Assembly (NCBI RefSeq): GCF_964355755.1
Contig: NC_092676.1
Location: 26,554,871-26,618,870 of the forward strand
Source: Antedon mediterranea
Lineage: Eukaryota; Animalia; Echinodermata
Length of the DNA: 64,000 nt
Direction: 5' to 3'
In this document: piece after piece, positions 1-13,929 of the stretch
Position numbering within the stretch: the first letter of the stretch is position 1
How the letters are laid out: each line of letters begins with the position of its first letter
The notes under the pieces: model-generated
Seen by the model: only the letters and a program-made list of their open reading frames with translations
Told to the model about the DNA's origin: nothing
Database searches by the model: none
Made by a program: the position numbers and the translations under genes

Positions 1-2058
1 ATAGCAATTTAGCACCATGTTTTACTATAACCAATTTGGTTATGGTAAAGCACAATGATATAGAATAGGAAACATTTAATAATATGATAAATGTCATTAC
101 ATAGCAATTTAGCACTGTGTTTTACAATAACCAATTTGGTTAGAGTAAAACACAATGACAAAGAATAGGAAACATTTAATAATAATGATTATTTACATAG
201 CTAGCAATTTAGCACAATGTTTTACTATAACCAATTTGGTTATGGTAAAGCACAATGATATAGAATAGGAAACATTTAATAATATGATAAATGACATTTA
301 CATAGCAATTTATCACTGTGTTTTACTATAACCAATTTGGCTATGGTAAAGCACAATGATATAGAATAGGAAACATTTAATAATATGATAAATGACATTT
401 ACATAGCAATTTAGCACTGTGTTTTACTATAACCAATTTGGTTAAAGTAAAACATAATGATAAAGAATAGGAAACATTTAATAATTTGATAAATGACATT
501 CACATAGCAATTTAGCACTGTGTTTTACTATAACCAATTTGGTTATAGTAAAGCACAATGATATAGAATAGGAAACATTTAATAATATGATAAATGTCAT
601 TACATAGCAATTTAGCACTGTGTTTTACAATAACCAATTTGGTTAGAGTAAAACACAATGACAAAGAATAGGAAACATTTAATAATAATGATTATTTACA
701 TAGCTAGCAATTTAGCACAATGTTTTACTATAACCAATTTGGTTATGGTAAAGCACAATGATATAGAATAGGAAACATTTAATAATATGATAAATGACAT
801 TTACATAGCAATTTATCACTGTGTTTTACTATAACCAATTTGGCTATGGTAAAGCACAATGATATAGAATAGGAAACATTTAATAATATGATAAATGACA
901 TTTACATAGCAATTTAGCACTGTGTTTTACTATAACCAATTTGGTTAAAGTAAAACATAATGATAAAGAATAGGAAACATTTAATAATTTGATAAATGAC
1001 ATTCACATAGCAATTTAGCACTGTGTTTTACTATAACCAATTTGGTTATAGTAAAGCACAATGATATAGAATAGGAAACATTTAATAATATGATAAATGA
1101 CATTTACATAGCAATTTATCACTGTGTTTTACTATATCCAATTTGGTTATGGTAAAGCACAATGATATAGAATAGGAAACATTTAATAATAATGATTATT
1201 TACATAGCAATTTAGCACCATGTTTTACTATAACCAATTTGGTTATGGTAAAGCACAATGATATAGAATAGGAAACATTTAATATTATGATAAATGTCAT
1301 TACATAGCAATTTAGCACTGTGTTTTACTATAACCAATTTGTTAATAATAATGATTATTTACATAGCTAGCAATTTAGCACAATGTTTTACTATAACCAA
1401 TTTGGTTATGGTAAAGCACAATGATATAGAATAGGAAACATTTAATAATATGATAAATGTCATTACATAGCAATTTAGCACTGTGTTTTACTATAACCAA
1501 TTTGGTTAGAGTAAAACACAATGATAAAGAATAGGAAACATTTAATAACATGATAAATGACATTCACATAGAAATTTAGCACTGTGTTTTACTATAACCA
1601 ATTTGATTAGAGTAAAGCACAATGATAAAGAATAGGAAACATTTAATAATATGATAAATGACATTTACATAGTAATTTATCACTGTGTTTTACTATAACC
1701 AATTTGGTTAGAGTAAAACATTTTAACTATGATAAATGATATTTAGCACTGTGCTGGATACAGTAAAACACAAATAAAGAATAGGAAACATATAATAATA
1801 TGATACATTTACATACAAATTTAGTATTGTGTTTTACTATAGCCAATTTGGTTACAGTAAAACACAATGATAATGAAACATTTATTATATGATATTATTT
1901 ACATAGCAAAATATTATATTAAACATATCTTATTATCTAAACGTTATGAAAAGAATAGGATACATAGTAATAATATAATAAATACAAGTTACATAGTTTA
2001 TCATCTTGTTTTACAGAACCAATTTGGTGACACAGTTAAACACAGTGATAAAGAATAG
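1..2058 (+). repeat. ~101-bp satellite array, left arm of a foldback structure (continues past window start)
   Basis: Tandem unit ATAGCAATTTAGCACTGTGTTTTACTATAACCAATTTGGTTA...GAATAGGAAACATTTAATAATATGATAAATGACATTTAC; variants recur at ~503 bp (5-mer higher-order repeat); degenerates after ~1700. Confidence 0.95.
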
Positions 2059-3790
2059 ATACTGTTTTAGGTTATATAACCCTAACCCTAGTTTGAAGCG
2101 ACATAATAAATTCATCGCGAAAAAGTACGTATCGTATTTAGAAACTTTTGAAATTTGTTAGATATGTTTAATAGGTTCTTACGTCTATAAAACAAACAAA
2201 AAATATAAATTTCACAAAAAATTCGTGATTTTAATAATTTGCATTTCTAAAAATGTACACTTATGAAATACCATACATTTTCCAACACATTTTTACTTCA
2301 TTGATGATTCCCAGAAATCAAAATAAAACAAATTATGATATTTCTTTTACATTATAGATGTAAGAACCTATATTGAACATGTACCAAATTTCAAACGTTT
2401 TTTAAGACGATACGTATTTTTATCGATGAATTAAGTATGTGATCGCTTCAAACTAGGGTTAGGGTTAAATAACCTAACAGTTCCATTCTTTAACACTGTG
2501 TTTAACTTTCAACCAAATTGGTTTTAGTACAACACAATGATAAACTATGTACATTTTATTTTTCATATTACATTATAGGATACATATAATGTAATATAAT
2601 AAATACAAGTTACATAGTTTATCATCTTGCTTTTACAGAACCAATTTGGTTACACAGTTAAACACAGTGATAAAGAATAGACACTGTTTTAGGTTATATA
2701 ACTCTAACCCTAGTTTGAAGCGATCACATACTTAATTCATCGCGAAAAAATACGTATCGTATTCAGAAACATTTGAAATTTGGTAAATATGTTCAATAGG
2801 TTCTTACGTCTATAAAACAAACAAAAAATAAAAGTTTCAAGCCAATTTCTTGATTTTAATAATTTGCATTTCTAAACATTTACACTTATGAAAGACAATA
2901 CATTTCCAACACATTTTTACTTCATTGATGATTCTCAGAAATCAAAATAAAACTATTAGGATATTTCTTTTGCATTATAGATGTAAGAACCTATATTGAA
3001 CATATCTACCAAATATCAAACGTTTTTCAAGACGATACGTATTTTTAGCGATGAATATTAAATATGTGATCGCTTCAAACTAGGGTTAGGGTTAATAAAA
3101 CTAAAACAGTTCTATTCTTTATCACTCACTGTGTTTAACTTTTAACCAAAATGGTTATAGTAAAACACAATGATAAACTTATATGTAAATTTTATTTTTC
3201 ATAACATAAAATGTTTGATATCTTTATAATATTTAATATTATATTTTAGGCCTACTATTAATGACGTATAAATGCACACTAAATCTGAAATAACTTTCTA
3301 CTTCATTGGCGATTCTTACCAAAAAAAAGAACTAATTTTGTTATGTATATAGAGCAACCTATTATAACATGTCTTGTATGATTTTTATCTCGTTTCAATG
3401 ACATTTTATACTACAATTCAAATGAAAAAGCATCACAAAAAAATACGTCTGGTATTCAAAAAGTTTCTAAACTCGGTACACAGAAAAAAGGAAATGTTGA
3501 AAATGTATGGTCTTTCATAAGTGTGAATTTTTAGAAATGCAAATAATGGAAATCATCAATTTGTCTTGAAATTTATAATTTGTTTTGTCTTATTGAACAT
3601 ATCTATACAAAATGTCAAACGTTTCTGAATACGATACGTTTTTTTCTCGATGAATTTATAATGTCGCTTCAAACTAGAGGGTAGGGTAGTAACCTAACAA
3701 GTATCTATTCTTTATCACTATGTTTAACCGTGTAACCATATTGGTTCTAATAAAAAACAATGATAAACTATGTAAATTGTATGTTTCATA
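1965..3790. repeat. Repeated ~600-bp palindromic modules with TAACCCTAACCC/GGGTTAGGGTTA motifs
   Basis: TAACCCTAACCCTAGTTTGAAGCGA (~2077, variant ~2700) is inverted as TCGCTTCAAACTAGGGTTAGGGTTA (~2443, ~3070, degenerate ~3664); the arms include satellite-like sequence. Confidence 0.8.
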
Positions 3791-4119
3791 TATTACATTT
3801 TTGCCAAAAAAAATTATTGGGAATGTCAAATTTCTTTTTCATGACATATATCTACAAATTTCAGAAGCTTTTGAGTACGAGTATTTTACGCGATGTTTTT
3901 TTATCCTCATTTTAATATTTTGGTAATGTAATTCACATGCATAAAGTTTTGTATCCAAAAATTGTTTATTCTTGGGTAGAAATGAGGAAATAAATAGTAT
4001 TCCTGTATAATATAATAATAAATAATAAAGAATAAAAAAAAGTGTTGTGTAAACGAACGTTTTTTACGCTTCGAATTTTATGTTACATTATGTTTGAATT
4101 GAAGCTACAGATATTGAAT

Positions 4120-4154
4120 CATGGACCTATAAATTAGTAATTTATAGGTCCATG
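4120..4154. mobile_element. 35-bp perfect palindrome with 7-bp target duplication (transposon footprint or mini-element)
   Basis: ATTGAAT|CATGGACCTATAAATTA-G-TAATTTATAGGTCCATG|ATTGAAC. Confidence 0.7.
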
Positions 4155-4402
4155 ATTGAACATATCGTCACTCACCACACATTTTTTGTTTTGTATTTCG
4201 AAAGTATTTATTCTAAAGAACAATTGATGCAAACATCAACTGCGTATCTTATTTCATTAATTAATTATATTAATTATAATTTGGCGATTATTGGTCACAC
4301 GAAGAGTCGAATATCGATTCGTCTCGTCATGGTAAGAAAACGTGCATTGCGCACACTGTTTACGCGCCTCAACAATAAAGGGCGAATATGCGATTCGTCA
4401 CT

Positions 4403-5338
4403 TATGGAACGCCGTTTTACACAAGTTTTTGGCGATGATAAAAATTGCGTCGATGATGAAATTGCGTCGATGAAAATTGCATCGACGCAATGTAGATTGC
4501 GTCGATGCAATGTAGATTGCGTCGACGCAATTTACATTGCGTCGATGAAAATTGCATCGATGAAAATTGCGTCGATGAAAATTGCGTCGATGAAAACTGC
4601 GTCGATGAAAATTGCGTCGATGAAAACTGCATCGATGAAAATTGATGTGATGAATTTAATTGATTATGAAAATTCCAAATGGTTTTAATTCAATCAATGA
4701 TGAAAATGACTACTAGTAAAGTAAATGATGATGTTAATAATGATGTTAATAATGTTATTATGTTGCTAAAAATTGACGGTTTCTGAATATTTTGATATGA
4801 TAAACATGTTTACCGCTTGCGCTAGCGCGCGTTATAGACAAGCGCACAGTGAGCGCGCACTAAAACAATGTTGAAATATATGCACTGATTAACATTTTAG
4901 TGATTTATTGTCAACACATTTTAGCAATGGATCCATTATTGTCCTTTCGGACACATTATATCTTCTAGCTAATTGCTTCCGTTAATCCACCAGTTCAGTA
5001 CATAAAATTCAGATGTCCAGCATCCATGACATCATATATTCAAATCATACCGGCAGGGAGATCGCAATTTTCATCGATGAAAACTGCATCGATGAAAATT
5101 TTTTTTTTTTTCATCGATGCAGTTTTCATTGATGCAGTTTTCATCGACGCAATTTTCATCGACGCAATTTTCATCACATTAACGCAATTTTCATTACATC
5201 GACGCAATTTTCATCGACGCAATGTTCATCACATCATTACATCAATACTATATTCATCGACGCAATTTTCATCACATCGACGCAATTTTCATTGCATCAT
5301 CGACGCGATTTTATCATCGCCTAAACTGGCATTCCATA
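4403..5338. mobile_element. Non-autonomous DNA transposon with inverted 15-bp subterminal repeats
   Basis: (GATGAAAATTGCGTC)n at 4436-4650 mirrored by (GACGCAATTTTCATC)n at 5065-5320; imperfect termini TATGGAACGCC.../...GGCATTCCATA with TA at both ends. Confidence 0.75.
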
Positions 5339-5694
5339 CTAATTGCGTGTGATCTGATTGGTGTATTATAAATAAATTCATCGCGATGAATTTTTCAGTA
5401 GATGTAATGAGACAGTTCAGTAGATGTAATGACAGTTAATTTAATTGTTCTGCTCTTTTTGTACAAATCTATACTACTTTATATTATGGATTTTGTAGTA
5501 CTGTTAAAATTATTAAATCTCTGGAAGTGTGTTTTACGAGTATGTCCGCAAATTTATGCGTTTACGGTTTTAAAATGTGAGTTTTAAATAGCGAACATGA
5601 TCTTGTTAGGTGCACTACGCACGCAGTATTCCAAAATGTCTTACTAATTGGGAGAAAATCATATTGTATCATATCATATTATATCCATTCTTTA

Positions 5695-7146
5695 AATTCA
5701 TATTCTTTATCCAAAACTAAATTGGTATAGTAAAACACAGTGCTAGCAATTTATCATATTATTAAATGTTTCATATTCTTTATCATTGTGTTTTACTCTA
5801 ATCAAATTGGTATAGTAAAACACAGTGCTAAATTGCTATGTGAATGTCATTTATCATATTTTTAAATGTTTCTTATTCTTTATCATTGTGTTTTACTCTA
5901 ACCAAATTGGTTATAGTAAAACACAGTGATAAATTGCTATGTAAATGTAATTTATCATATTATTAAATGTTTCCTATTCTTTATCATTGTGTTTTACTCT
6001 AACCAAATTGGTTATAGTAAAACACAGTGATAAATTGCTATGTAAATGTAATTTATCATGTTATTAAATGTTTCCTATTCTTTATCGTTGAGTTTTACTC
6101 TAATCAAATTGGTTATAGTAAAACACAGTGCTAAATTGCTATGTAAATGTTATATATCATATTATTAAATGTTTCCTATTCTTTATCATTGTGTTTTACT
6201 CTAATCTGATTGGTTATAGTAAAACACAGTGCTAAATTGCTATGTGAATGTCATTTATCATGTTATTAAATGTTTCCTATTCTTTATCATTGTGCTTTAC
6301 TCTAACCAAATTGGTTATAGTAAAACACAGTGCTAAATTGCTATGTAAATGTCATTTATCATGTTATTAAATGTTTCTTATTCTTTATCATTGTGTTTTA
6401 CCATAACCAAATTGGTTATAGTAAAACACAGTGATAAATTGCTATGTAAATGTAATTTATCATATTATTAAATGTTTCCTATTCTTTATCATTGTGTTTT
6501 ACTCTAACCAAATTGGTTATAGTAAAACACAGTGATAAATTGCTATGTAAATGTAATTTATCATGTTATTAAATGTTTCCTATTCTTTATCGTTGTGTTT
6601 TACTCTAATCAAATTGGTTATAGTAAAACACAGTGCTAAATTGCTATGTAAATGTTATATATCATATTATTAAATGTTTCCTATTCTTTATCATTGTGTT
6701 TTACTCTAATTTGATTGGTTATAGTAAAACACAGTGCTAAATTGCTATGTGAATGTCATTTATCATGTTATTAAATGTTTCCTATTCTTTATCATTGTGC
6801 TTTACTCTAACCAAATTGGTTATAGTAAAACACAGTGCTAAATTGCTAAATGTCATTTATCCTGTTATTAAATGTTTCTTATTCTTTATCATTGTGTTTT
6901 ACTCTAACCAAATTGGTTATAGTAAAACACAGTGCTAAATTGCTATGTAAATGTAATTTATCATATTATTAAATGTTTCCTATTCTTTATCATTGTGTTT
7001 AACTCTAACCAAATTGGTTATAATTTATTTAATTTCATTTCAAAAGACATTTACCTAAATTGCTATTTAAATGTCATTTATCAAATTATTAAATGTTTCC
7101 TATTATTTATCTGGTTATATAGTAAAACACTGTGCTAAATTGCTAT
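5695..7146 (-). repeat. ~101-bp satellite array, right (inverted) arm of the foldback
   Basis: Reverse complement of the 1-2058 unit; ~505-bp higher-order period (variant at 6086 and 6591). Confidence 0.95.
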
Positions 7147-7494
7147 TGTATGAAGGACGAGTTCCGAGAAGATGTATTCAAAGCTACAACCAATCAGAAC
7201 AGTGTTAATCAATGTAGTCCATGGCTAAAGCCAATCAGAAACGTCCAAATCGTAATAACCCCTAGGCTAATAGAAATTATTGGTCCGAGTAGCCTTTTCA
7301 ACCAGACGTTGCGAGGTTTAAAAAGTAAAACATGATTTACTCGCCAGTTTGGTATAGTTTATATACCTGATATGTTTGTGAAAACTCACAATACTTTTAT
7401 TATATATATTTAGTAATAATCATGTCAATTTGGTCAAATCCCTTTCTGGTGGTCACGAAATGAAACAAAAATCCACCTCAGCTTCCTCCCTGCC

Positions 7495-7549
7495 TAAAAC
7501 GATTGGTTTTAATTCCTGAAACTATCATTTGAGCTGGGAAATTTTAAAG
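7495..7549 (+). other. Putative non-coding first exon of TRIM-NHL copy 1; intron 7550-7873
   Basis: Block ...TTCCTGAAACTATCATTTGAGCTGGGAAATT..AAG|GTATTT recurs upstream of paralogs; acceptor TTTTGCAG|A lies directly before the ATG; 5' end of exon uncertain. Confidence 0.65.
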
Positions 7550-7874
7550 GTATTTAACATAAAAAATGATATTAGATTTATATAGTTGAATTATTTCAGG
7601 ATAGCTGCGTAGTCTCCTATGCAAACAGCTAGGCCTAGTCACACTAATAGATTCTTGTTGTGTTAACATGGATTGTTGGCTTGGATATTAGTAACTAGAT
7701 TATTTTTCCTACAATTAAATGCCAAGGATCACATGACAAGACGTAACCAGTATAGTAAAACCAAATTGATAATGGGTGGATAAATAAATAAATTGCATTT
7801 TTTTAATTCAATAAATTGAAAATATGCAATTTTCTATTTATGTGTAATTTATTAAAAATAAAATCTTTTGCAGA

Positions 7875-9566
7875 ATGGCTAGCAAGGATTTAAATCTACT
7901 TGGAGATATAAATGATAAACTAGAATGTTCTATCTGTAATGAAAGGCTAGAAGACCCAAAATCACTTGGCTGCCTTCATAGTTTCTGTCTGAAGTGTTTG
8001 GAAAATTGGGTTCAAATCAACAATGGACAGCTAACATGTCCTATTTGTCGCAAAGAGTATCCCATACCAGTAGGAGGGCTTGAAAAGCTTGCCCCAAATA
8101 CAATTCTAAACAACCTCTTGGAAACCATAAAACAACATGAAAAGAAAGATGAGGCTAAAGGCACTACCTTGCTGTGTGCCTCTCATGATCAACCATTGAA
8201 AATGTATTGCACAAAATGCAAATTACCAATATGCGTAGAATGCACTGCAATGGAACATACTGCAGGCGATGGAAAACATGAACTGATTAACATTGTAACA
8301 GCATTTAATACGTTTAAGGAAACCTCAGAAGAATTGAAGAAAGCTGCCAATGAATCCATAAGAAAAACAGAAAATGTACTTAAAGTAGTCACAAAGAATG
8401 CTAAAGAACTAGAAGAAAGTAAAGAGGCAAGTCTCACAGATATTGATAACCAAGTTCAAGAAATGGTACAAGTAATCCAGAAAAAAGGAGATGAAATGAG
8501 AAAAAAAGTTGAAGCAAATTATATGGTGGAAAAGGAAGGTAATGACATACAAATTACAAATTTAACAAAAATCATCTCTGAATTAAACACAAGTGTGAGT
8601 TTCCTAAATCAGTTACTAATGAGTGAGCCAGCAACTGCTATGAAATCAAGTGAGAGTGTATTAAATACACTGATGGATGAAATTAATAAATTTGAAGGAA
8701 TCAAGACAAAGGACAGCAGAAAAATTAACTTTATCAGAAACAAACAGCCAAATGATTTATTGAAAGAAAATTACATTGGAAATGTTGTATTCAAACCACT
8801 TCCTATCAAAGTAGAGGGTCAGCCTAGAGGAGTAGCAAATTGTGATGATTGCTTGCTGGTTTCATTTTGGACCAATGAAATTTACAAATACAACCAATCA
8901 GGAGAAAGTATAAGCAAGATAATACTACCAAAAGGTGTGAGAGTTAACAGAATGTACAGAATGAAGAATGGCAACATAGCATTCACTGATGTTGGTAATA
9001 AATGCATTCAAGTATGTGATATGAATGGTCATGTGATCAAATCCATTGGTAAGGGTGTATTGATTGATCCATGTGGTATTCACATAGATGAGGCAACTAA
9101 TGTTATATATGTAGCAGATTTGATGAATGGATGTGTGTTCATGTTTAACATTAATAGTGGTAAGCAGTTGAAGAAGATAGGACCACAAAATGAAGAACAT
9201 AGATACACTGATGTTACACTTACAAAAACTGGTAAAGTACTTGTAGCAGATGCAGAACAGAATCAAGTGTTATTGTATGATGACAAGAACAAGTCAATGA
9301 AAGTACTCATCAATGGAGGAGATAAAGATGGTAAGGTGATGATGCCATGTGGAGTTGTAGTTGATGAGGATGATAACATCATTACAGCAAGTATTAGCAA
9401 ACTACAACTATTCAGTAGTGATGGACATTTTATCAAAAGAATTGATCAACAAGAAGATGAAATTAGTGTACCACTGCAGTTATGTATTATTTCTCATAAC
9501 CCACATATGGTTGCTGTAGCAAATGAGGGTGACACTGACAGCACAATCAAAATATTTAATTATTAA
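7875..9566 (+). CDS. TRIM-NHL E3 ubiquitin ligase-like protein (RING, B-box2, coiled coil, NHL), 563 aa, single coding exon
   Basis: C3HC4 RING CSIC..CLHSFCLKC..CPIC; B-box CASH..YCTKCKLPICVEC..H..H; heptad region; NHL blades PxG(I/V)..ADxxN. Confidence 0.95.
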   Translation: MASKDLNLLGDINDKLECSICNERLEDPKSLGCLHSFCLKCLENWVQINNGQLTCPICRKEYPIPVGGLEKLAPNTILNNLLETIKQHEKKDEAKGTTLLCASHDQPLKMYCTKCKLPICVECTAMEHTAGDGKHELINIVTAFNTFKETSEELKKAANESIRKTENVLKVVTKNAKELEESKEASLTDIDNQVQEMVQVIQKKGDEMRKKVEANYMVEKEGNDIQITNLTKIISELNTSVSFLNQLLMSEPATAMKSSESVLNTLMDEINKFEGIKTKDSRKINFIRNKQPNDLLKENYIGNVVFKPLPIKVEGQPRGVANCDDCLLVSFWTNEIYKYNQSGESISKIILPKGVRVNRMYRMKNGNIAFTDVGNKCIQVCDMNGHVIKSIGKGVLIDPCGIHIDEATNVIYVADLMNGCVFMFNINSGKQLKKIGPQNEEHRYTDVTLTKTGKVLVADAEQNQVLLYDDKNKSMKVLINGGDKDGKVMMPCGVVVDEDDNIITASISKLQLFSSDGHFIKRIDQQEDEISVPLQLCIISHNPHMVAVANEGDTDSTIKIFNY

Positions 9567-10257
9567 TGTATAAAATATGTCATTACATTAAAGAAAGAAA
9601 GTTAATTGAAAGATCAAGTACATTTATAATCAAAATTATCTATTAATTAGTTTATTCATTTATTATCTTATTTACACTACACACATTATTTTTAAAATTT
9701 CATATCAGGCAAAACTTATGATGGTTGAATGACTTGTATTTTCTAACTTTAATATCATTTAAACTATTGTATATATACTATAATTATAAATAAATGTTTT
9801 TTGAGTTTTGTAAATGTTAACATTGTTGTAGAAATACTGTAAATCTAAGCAAAAACACAGATATGAAGAAATCATCTGAAATAGAAGATAATAAGTCGAC
9901 ACACTGTTTATTTAGGCATTTGAAGGAACAAGACATTGTGTATACAACTTGTTTGAGCAGTTTTAATCTCGTCTTTTATTTGAACGACGTTATAAACAAG
10001 TACATGCACATGTTTCAGGAAGCACTTCCCATAATCAGTGTAAAATTATATTACACGGGCCGTTTATTTGTACTCATTTGCACCGGTATTTAAATAGTAT
10101 TTTTAGAATAAGCATAATTTGAATTACTGTTTATGTTACACTTACAGGCAAAGGTAGTTTTTGTTTTTCTAGTTTTAAATCATTAAATACAACATTATTC
10201 TTATTTCATCAAGTACGCATAGATGTCTATGGTAATGGAAGTAGATTGTACCTTAAT

Positions 10258-12057
10258 AAAGTGATCACATACTGTATATAGTAATCTGTACTACCTACTA
10301 TAATATAAAGTGATCACATACTGTATATAGTAATTTGTACTACCTAGTATAATATAAAGTGATCACATACTGTATATAGTAATCTGTACTGCCTAGTATA
10401 ATATAAAGTGACCACATACTGTATATAGTAATCTGTACTACCTAGTATAATATAAAGTGATCACATACTGTATATAGTAATCTATACTACCTAGTATAAT
10501 ATAAAGTGATCACATACTGTATATAGTAATCTGTACTACCTAGTATAATATAAAGTGATCACATACTGTATATAGTAATCTGTACTACCTAGTATAATAT
10601 AAAGTGATCACATACTGTATATAGTAATCTGTACTACCTAGTATAATATAAAGTGACCACATACTGTATATAGTAATCTGTACTACCTAGTATAATATAA
10701 AGTGATCACATACTGTATATAGTAATCTGTACTACCTAGTATAATATAAAGTGATCACATACTGTATATAGTAATCTGTACTACCTAGTATAATATAAAG
10801 TGACCACATACTGTATATAGTAATCTATACTACCTAGTATAATATAAAGTGATCACATACTGTATATAGTAATCTGTACTACCTAGTATAATATAAAGTG
10901 ATCACATACTGTATATAGTAATCTGTACTACCTAGTATAATATAAAGTGATCACATACTGTATATAATAATCTGTACTACCTAGTATAATATAAAGTGAT
11001 CACATACTGTATATAATAATCTGTACTACCTAGTATAATATAAAGTGACCACATACTGTATATAATAATCTGTACTACCTAGTATAATATAAAGTGATCA
11101 CATACTGTATATAGTAATCTGTACTGCCTAGTATAATATAAAGTGATCACATACTGTATATAGTAATCTGTACTACCTAGTATAATATAAAGTGATCACA
11201 TACTGTATATAGTAATCTGTACTACCTAGTATAATATAAAGTGACCACATACTGTATATAATAATCTGTACTACCTAGTATAATATAAAGTGATCACATA
11301 CTGTATATAGTAATCTGTACTGCCTAGTATAATATAAAGTGATCACATACTGTATATAGTAATCTGTACTACCTAGTATAATATAAAGTGACCACATACT
11401 GTATATAGTAATCTGTACTACCTAGTATAATATAAAGTGATCACATACTGTATATAGTAATCTGTACTACCTAGTATAATATAAAGTGACCACATACTGT
11501 ATATAGTAATCTGTACTGCCTAGTATAATATAAAGTGACCACATACTGTATATAGTAATCTGTACTACCTAGTATAATATAAAGTGACCACATACTGTAT
11601 ATAGTAATCTGTACTGCCTAGTATAATATAAAGTGACCACATACTGTATATAGTAATCTGTACTACCTAGTATAATATAAAGTGATCACATACTGTATAT
11701 AGTAATCTGTACTACCTAGTATAATATAAAGTGATCACATACTGTATATAGTAATCTGTACTACCTAGTATAATATAAAGTGATCACATACTGTATATAG
11801 TAATTTGTACTACCTAGTATAATATAAAGTGATCATATACTGTGTATAGTAATCTGTACTACCTAGTATAATATAAAGTGATCACATACTGTATATAGTA
11901 ATCTGTACTACCTAGTATAATATAAAGTGACCACATACTGTATATAGTAATCTGTACTACCTAGTATAATATAAAGTGATCACATACTGTATATAGTAAT
12001 CTGTACTACCTAGTATAATATAAAGTGATCACATACTGTATATAGTAATTTGTACTA
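10258..12057 (+). repeat. 49-bp minisatellite, ~37 copies
   Basis: Unit AAAGTGATCACATACTGTATATAGTAATCTGTACTACCTAGTATAATAT, near-identical, no spacers. Confidence 0.97.
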
Positions 12058-12180
12058 AAGTAATAGTAATTGTATGTATAATTAAAGCATTTGAATTGAT
12101 GTTTTTTGCAAACAGTTCTAATTGAATGATTTATTTAACCCTTGTATTTTTAGAGTAATACCCTTTTCACATCTGCAAAA

Positions 12181-12424
12181 TGTAACAACTTGTAACCAGA
12201 TTTGCAGAGTGTGAAGAAAATTTTCTGGAAAAGGGCCTTTCCTTTTCTTCAGAGATGTCTCGAGATTTTACTGCGCATGTGTCGCCCTGGAATTTAACTG
12301 ACCAATCACAGTACACTAATAATTAAATAGCGCTCCGAGCTATGCAATGACAATACTTTCTCTCGAAATTTCTCAGGGTTTGTGTATGAAATTGGGAGAT
12401 CAAACCTGGTTACAACTTGTAACA
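12181..12424. mobile_element. Small MITE-like element
   Basis: Imperfect TIRs TGTAACAACTTGTAACCAGATTT / AAACCTGGTTACAACTTGTAACA. Confidence 0.5.
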
Positions 12425-12447
12425 ATTTATGTAGCTACTTTGCAGAT

Positions 12448-12640
12448 AGACCCGGGTTCAATTCCAGACAACTCCCAGTCCACTCAGCTGTAAATGAGTA
12501 CCTGGTTGAAAATACTAGGGAGAAAAAAGGCGGCGTGGAAAGGAACTGGCCACCCTACCACATAATGCCGAGGCTTAGTACAATGAGCTCCTAACAGCTC
12601 ATTCCCCTACGTTCAGAGAACACGGGACTCACCTTTACTT
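12448..12640 (+). mobile_element. tRNA-derived SINE fragment (Nin-domain-like core)
   Basis: B-box-like GGTTCAATTCC, core CCACTCAGCTGTAAATGAGTACCTG, tail ACCTTTACTTT. Confidence 0.65.
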
Positions 12641-13551
12641 TGCATATATTTTATTGAATGATGTGTTTGAACTTGTTGCCTGTTTAATTTCAATTCACTG
12701 CCTCTGATTGGATAATCACCAGTCTATAGTTATTGCCATGCCCCAAACTACACCCCTCCGAGAAATTTGCACAGCCCTCTCTATAAACTTTGTATAATCT
12801 TTGCAGCTTTTAATGGAGCTATATTTAAATTTGATTGCATGTTGATTGAACTAGTTGTTCAATTAACTAGGTTAATTGAACTTTGACTAGTTTAACCAGG
12901 TTAATTTTAAACTATTCATATTATTTAGTTAAAAGAATTGCACTTACTGACAAAAATGGCAGAGCCTGTTTTATACACTGGGTTAACTTGTCAACACAAT
13001 CTGGATCAGATGGCTAAAAACAGAACATTAAGTTTATTATAATTTATAAATATAAGTTAATTTATATGAACATTTAATTTACACATTATTATCTATATAT
13101 TGGAATACAATTGTTATCACAAAGAAAAGAACTCTGTTCTGTTCAAAATCACAACAGTATTTTGGTAAATTTAACGTTCGGTTTGTGACGTCATTTTGAA
13201 ACTTTTAACAATAAAAAATAGTCAATCAGTAGGCTTAAGTCGTAAAGTTGTAAATCACCTCTTTAAAAATGTAATACATTTTATAAAGCTAACATTTGCT
13301 TATTTGTCTTTGGAATATTGTTTACATACATTTTATCAAATTGAAAATAAAATCAATTGTGACTAAAGAAAGAAGGCTAAACATGATTTTGGATGATAAT
13401 TACTGAGGATAGGTATTGCCTTTAAATAAGACTGGGTATAAAAAACTTAAATTAAACTTCACAGGCTATGTAGGAGTAACTAATTCCTTCATAATAGAAG
13501 AACTGGAGGCTTGGAACTGTATTCCTTTGGATAAAAAATAAAATCTTTTAC

Positions 13552-13929
13552 CACAAAATCTGCTTTAAGATCTGCTTGTTCAATGGCAATGTTCACCAGC
13601 TGTTGACAACCAAGAAGAGTCTGCATCGTTGATAAACTTTATAACAGCTTCATAAAGGCTACAACTCATCACCAGTAACATCATGTAAAATCTATAAAAA
13701 AAAAACAATTAGTGAAGACAGAAACATTAACATTTGAGTAACTACCTTGCACCCCTAGAAGCTAAAACAGGAACTTACTTCTTTTGAATTTTCAATGATC
13801 TGTTCTTGAACATCTTTGTTATTATATCTGGTCCCAAAGATTTGACCTTTGTACTCAAGAACTTGATGGCACGATCACGAACAAGATCTTCTCCTGATTG
13901 AATTTGGGCAGATAATCCTCCTAAAGCAC
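13552..13929 (-). pseudogene. API5: Two decayed mid-gene exons of apoptosis inhibitor 5 (13929-13779, 13691-13552)
   Basis: GALGGLSAQIQSGEDLVRDRAIKFLSTKVK and ILHDVTGDE..FMKLL*..QQLVNIAIEQADL resemble API5 as I recall it (GTLGGLFSQILQGEDIVRERAIKFLSTK, VLEDVTGEEF..QQLVELVAEQADL); AG/GT borders; two 1-bp frameshifts and a stop. Confidence 0.9.

Noticed and set aside
2077-3095. Telomere or telomere-fusion site
   Set aside because: Only about two TTAGGG units per site, embedded in a repeated palindromic module
4152-5352. ORFs with MKIAS/STQFS/IDAIF repeats
   Set aside because: Translations of a stop-free 15-bp transposon subterminal repeat
1375-7138. Near-identical short ORFs MSFIMLLNVSYS on opposite strands
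   Set aside because: Chance frames in the inverted satellite arms
10258-12057. CRISPR-like regular repeat
   Set aside because: Head-to-tail 49-bp units without unique spacers, no cas genes, eukaryotic context
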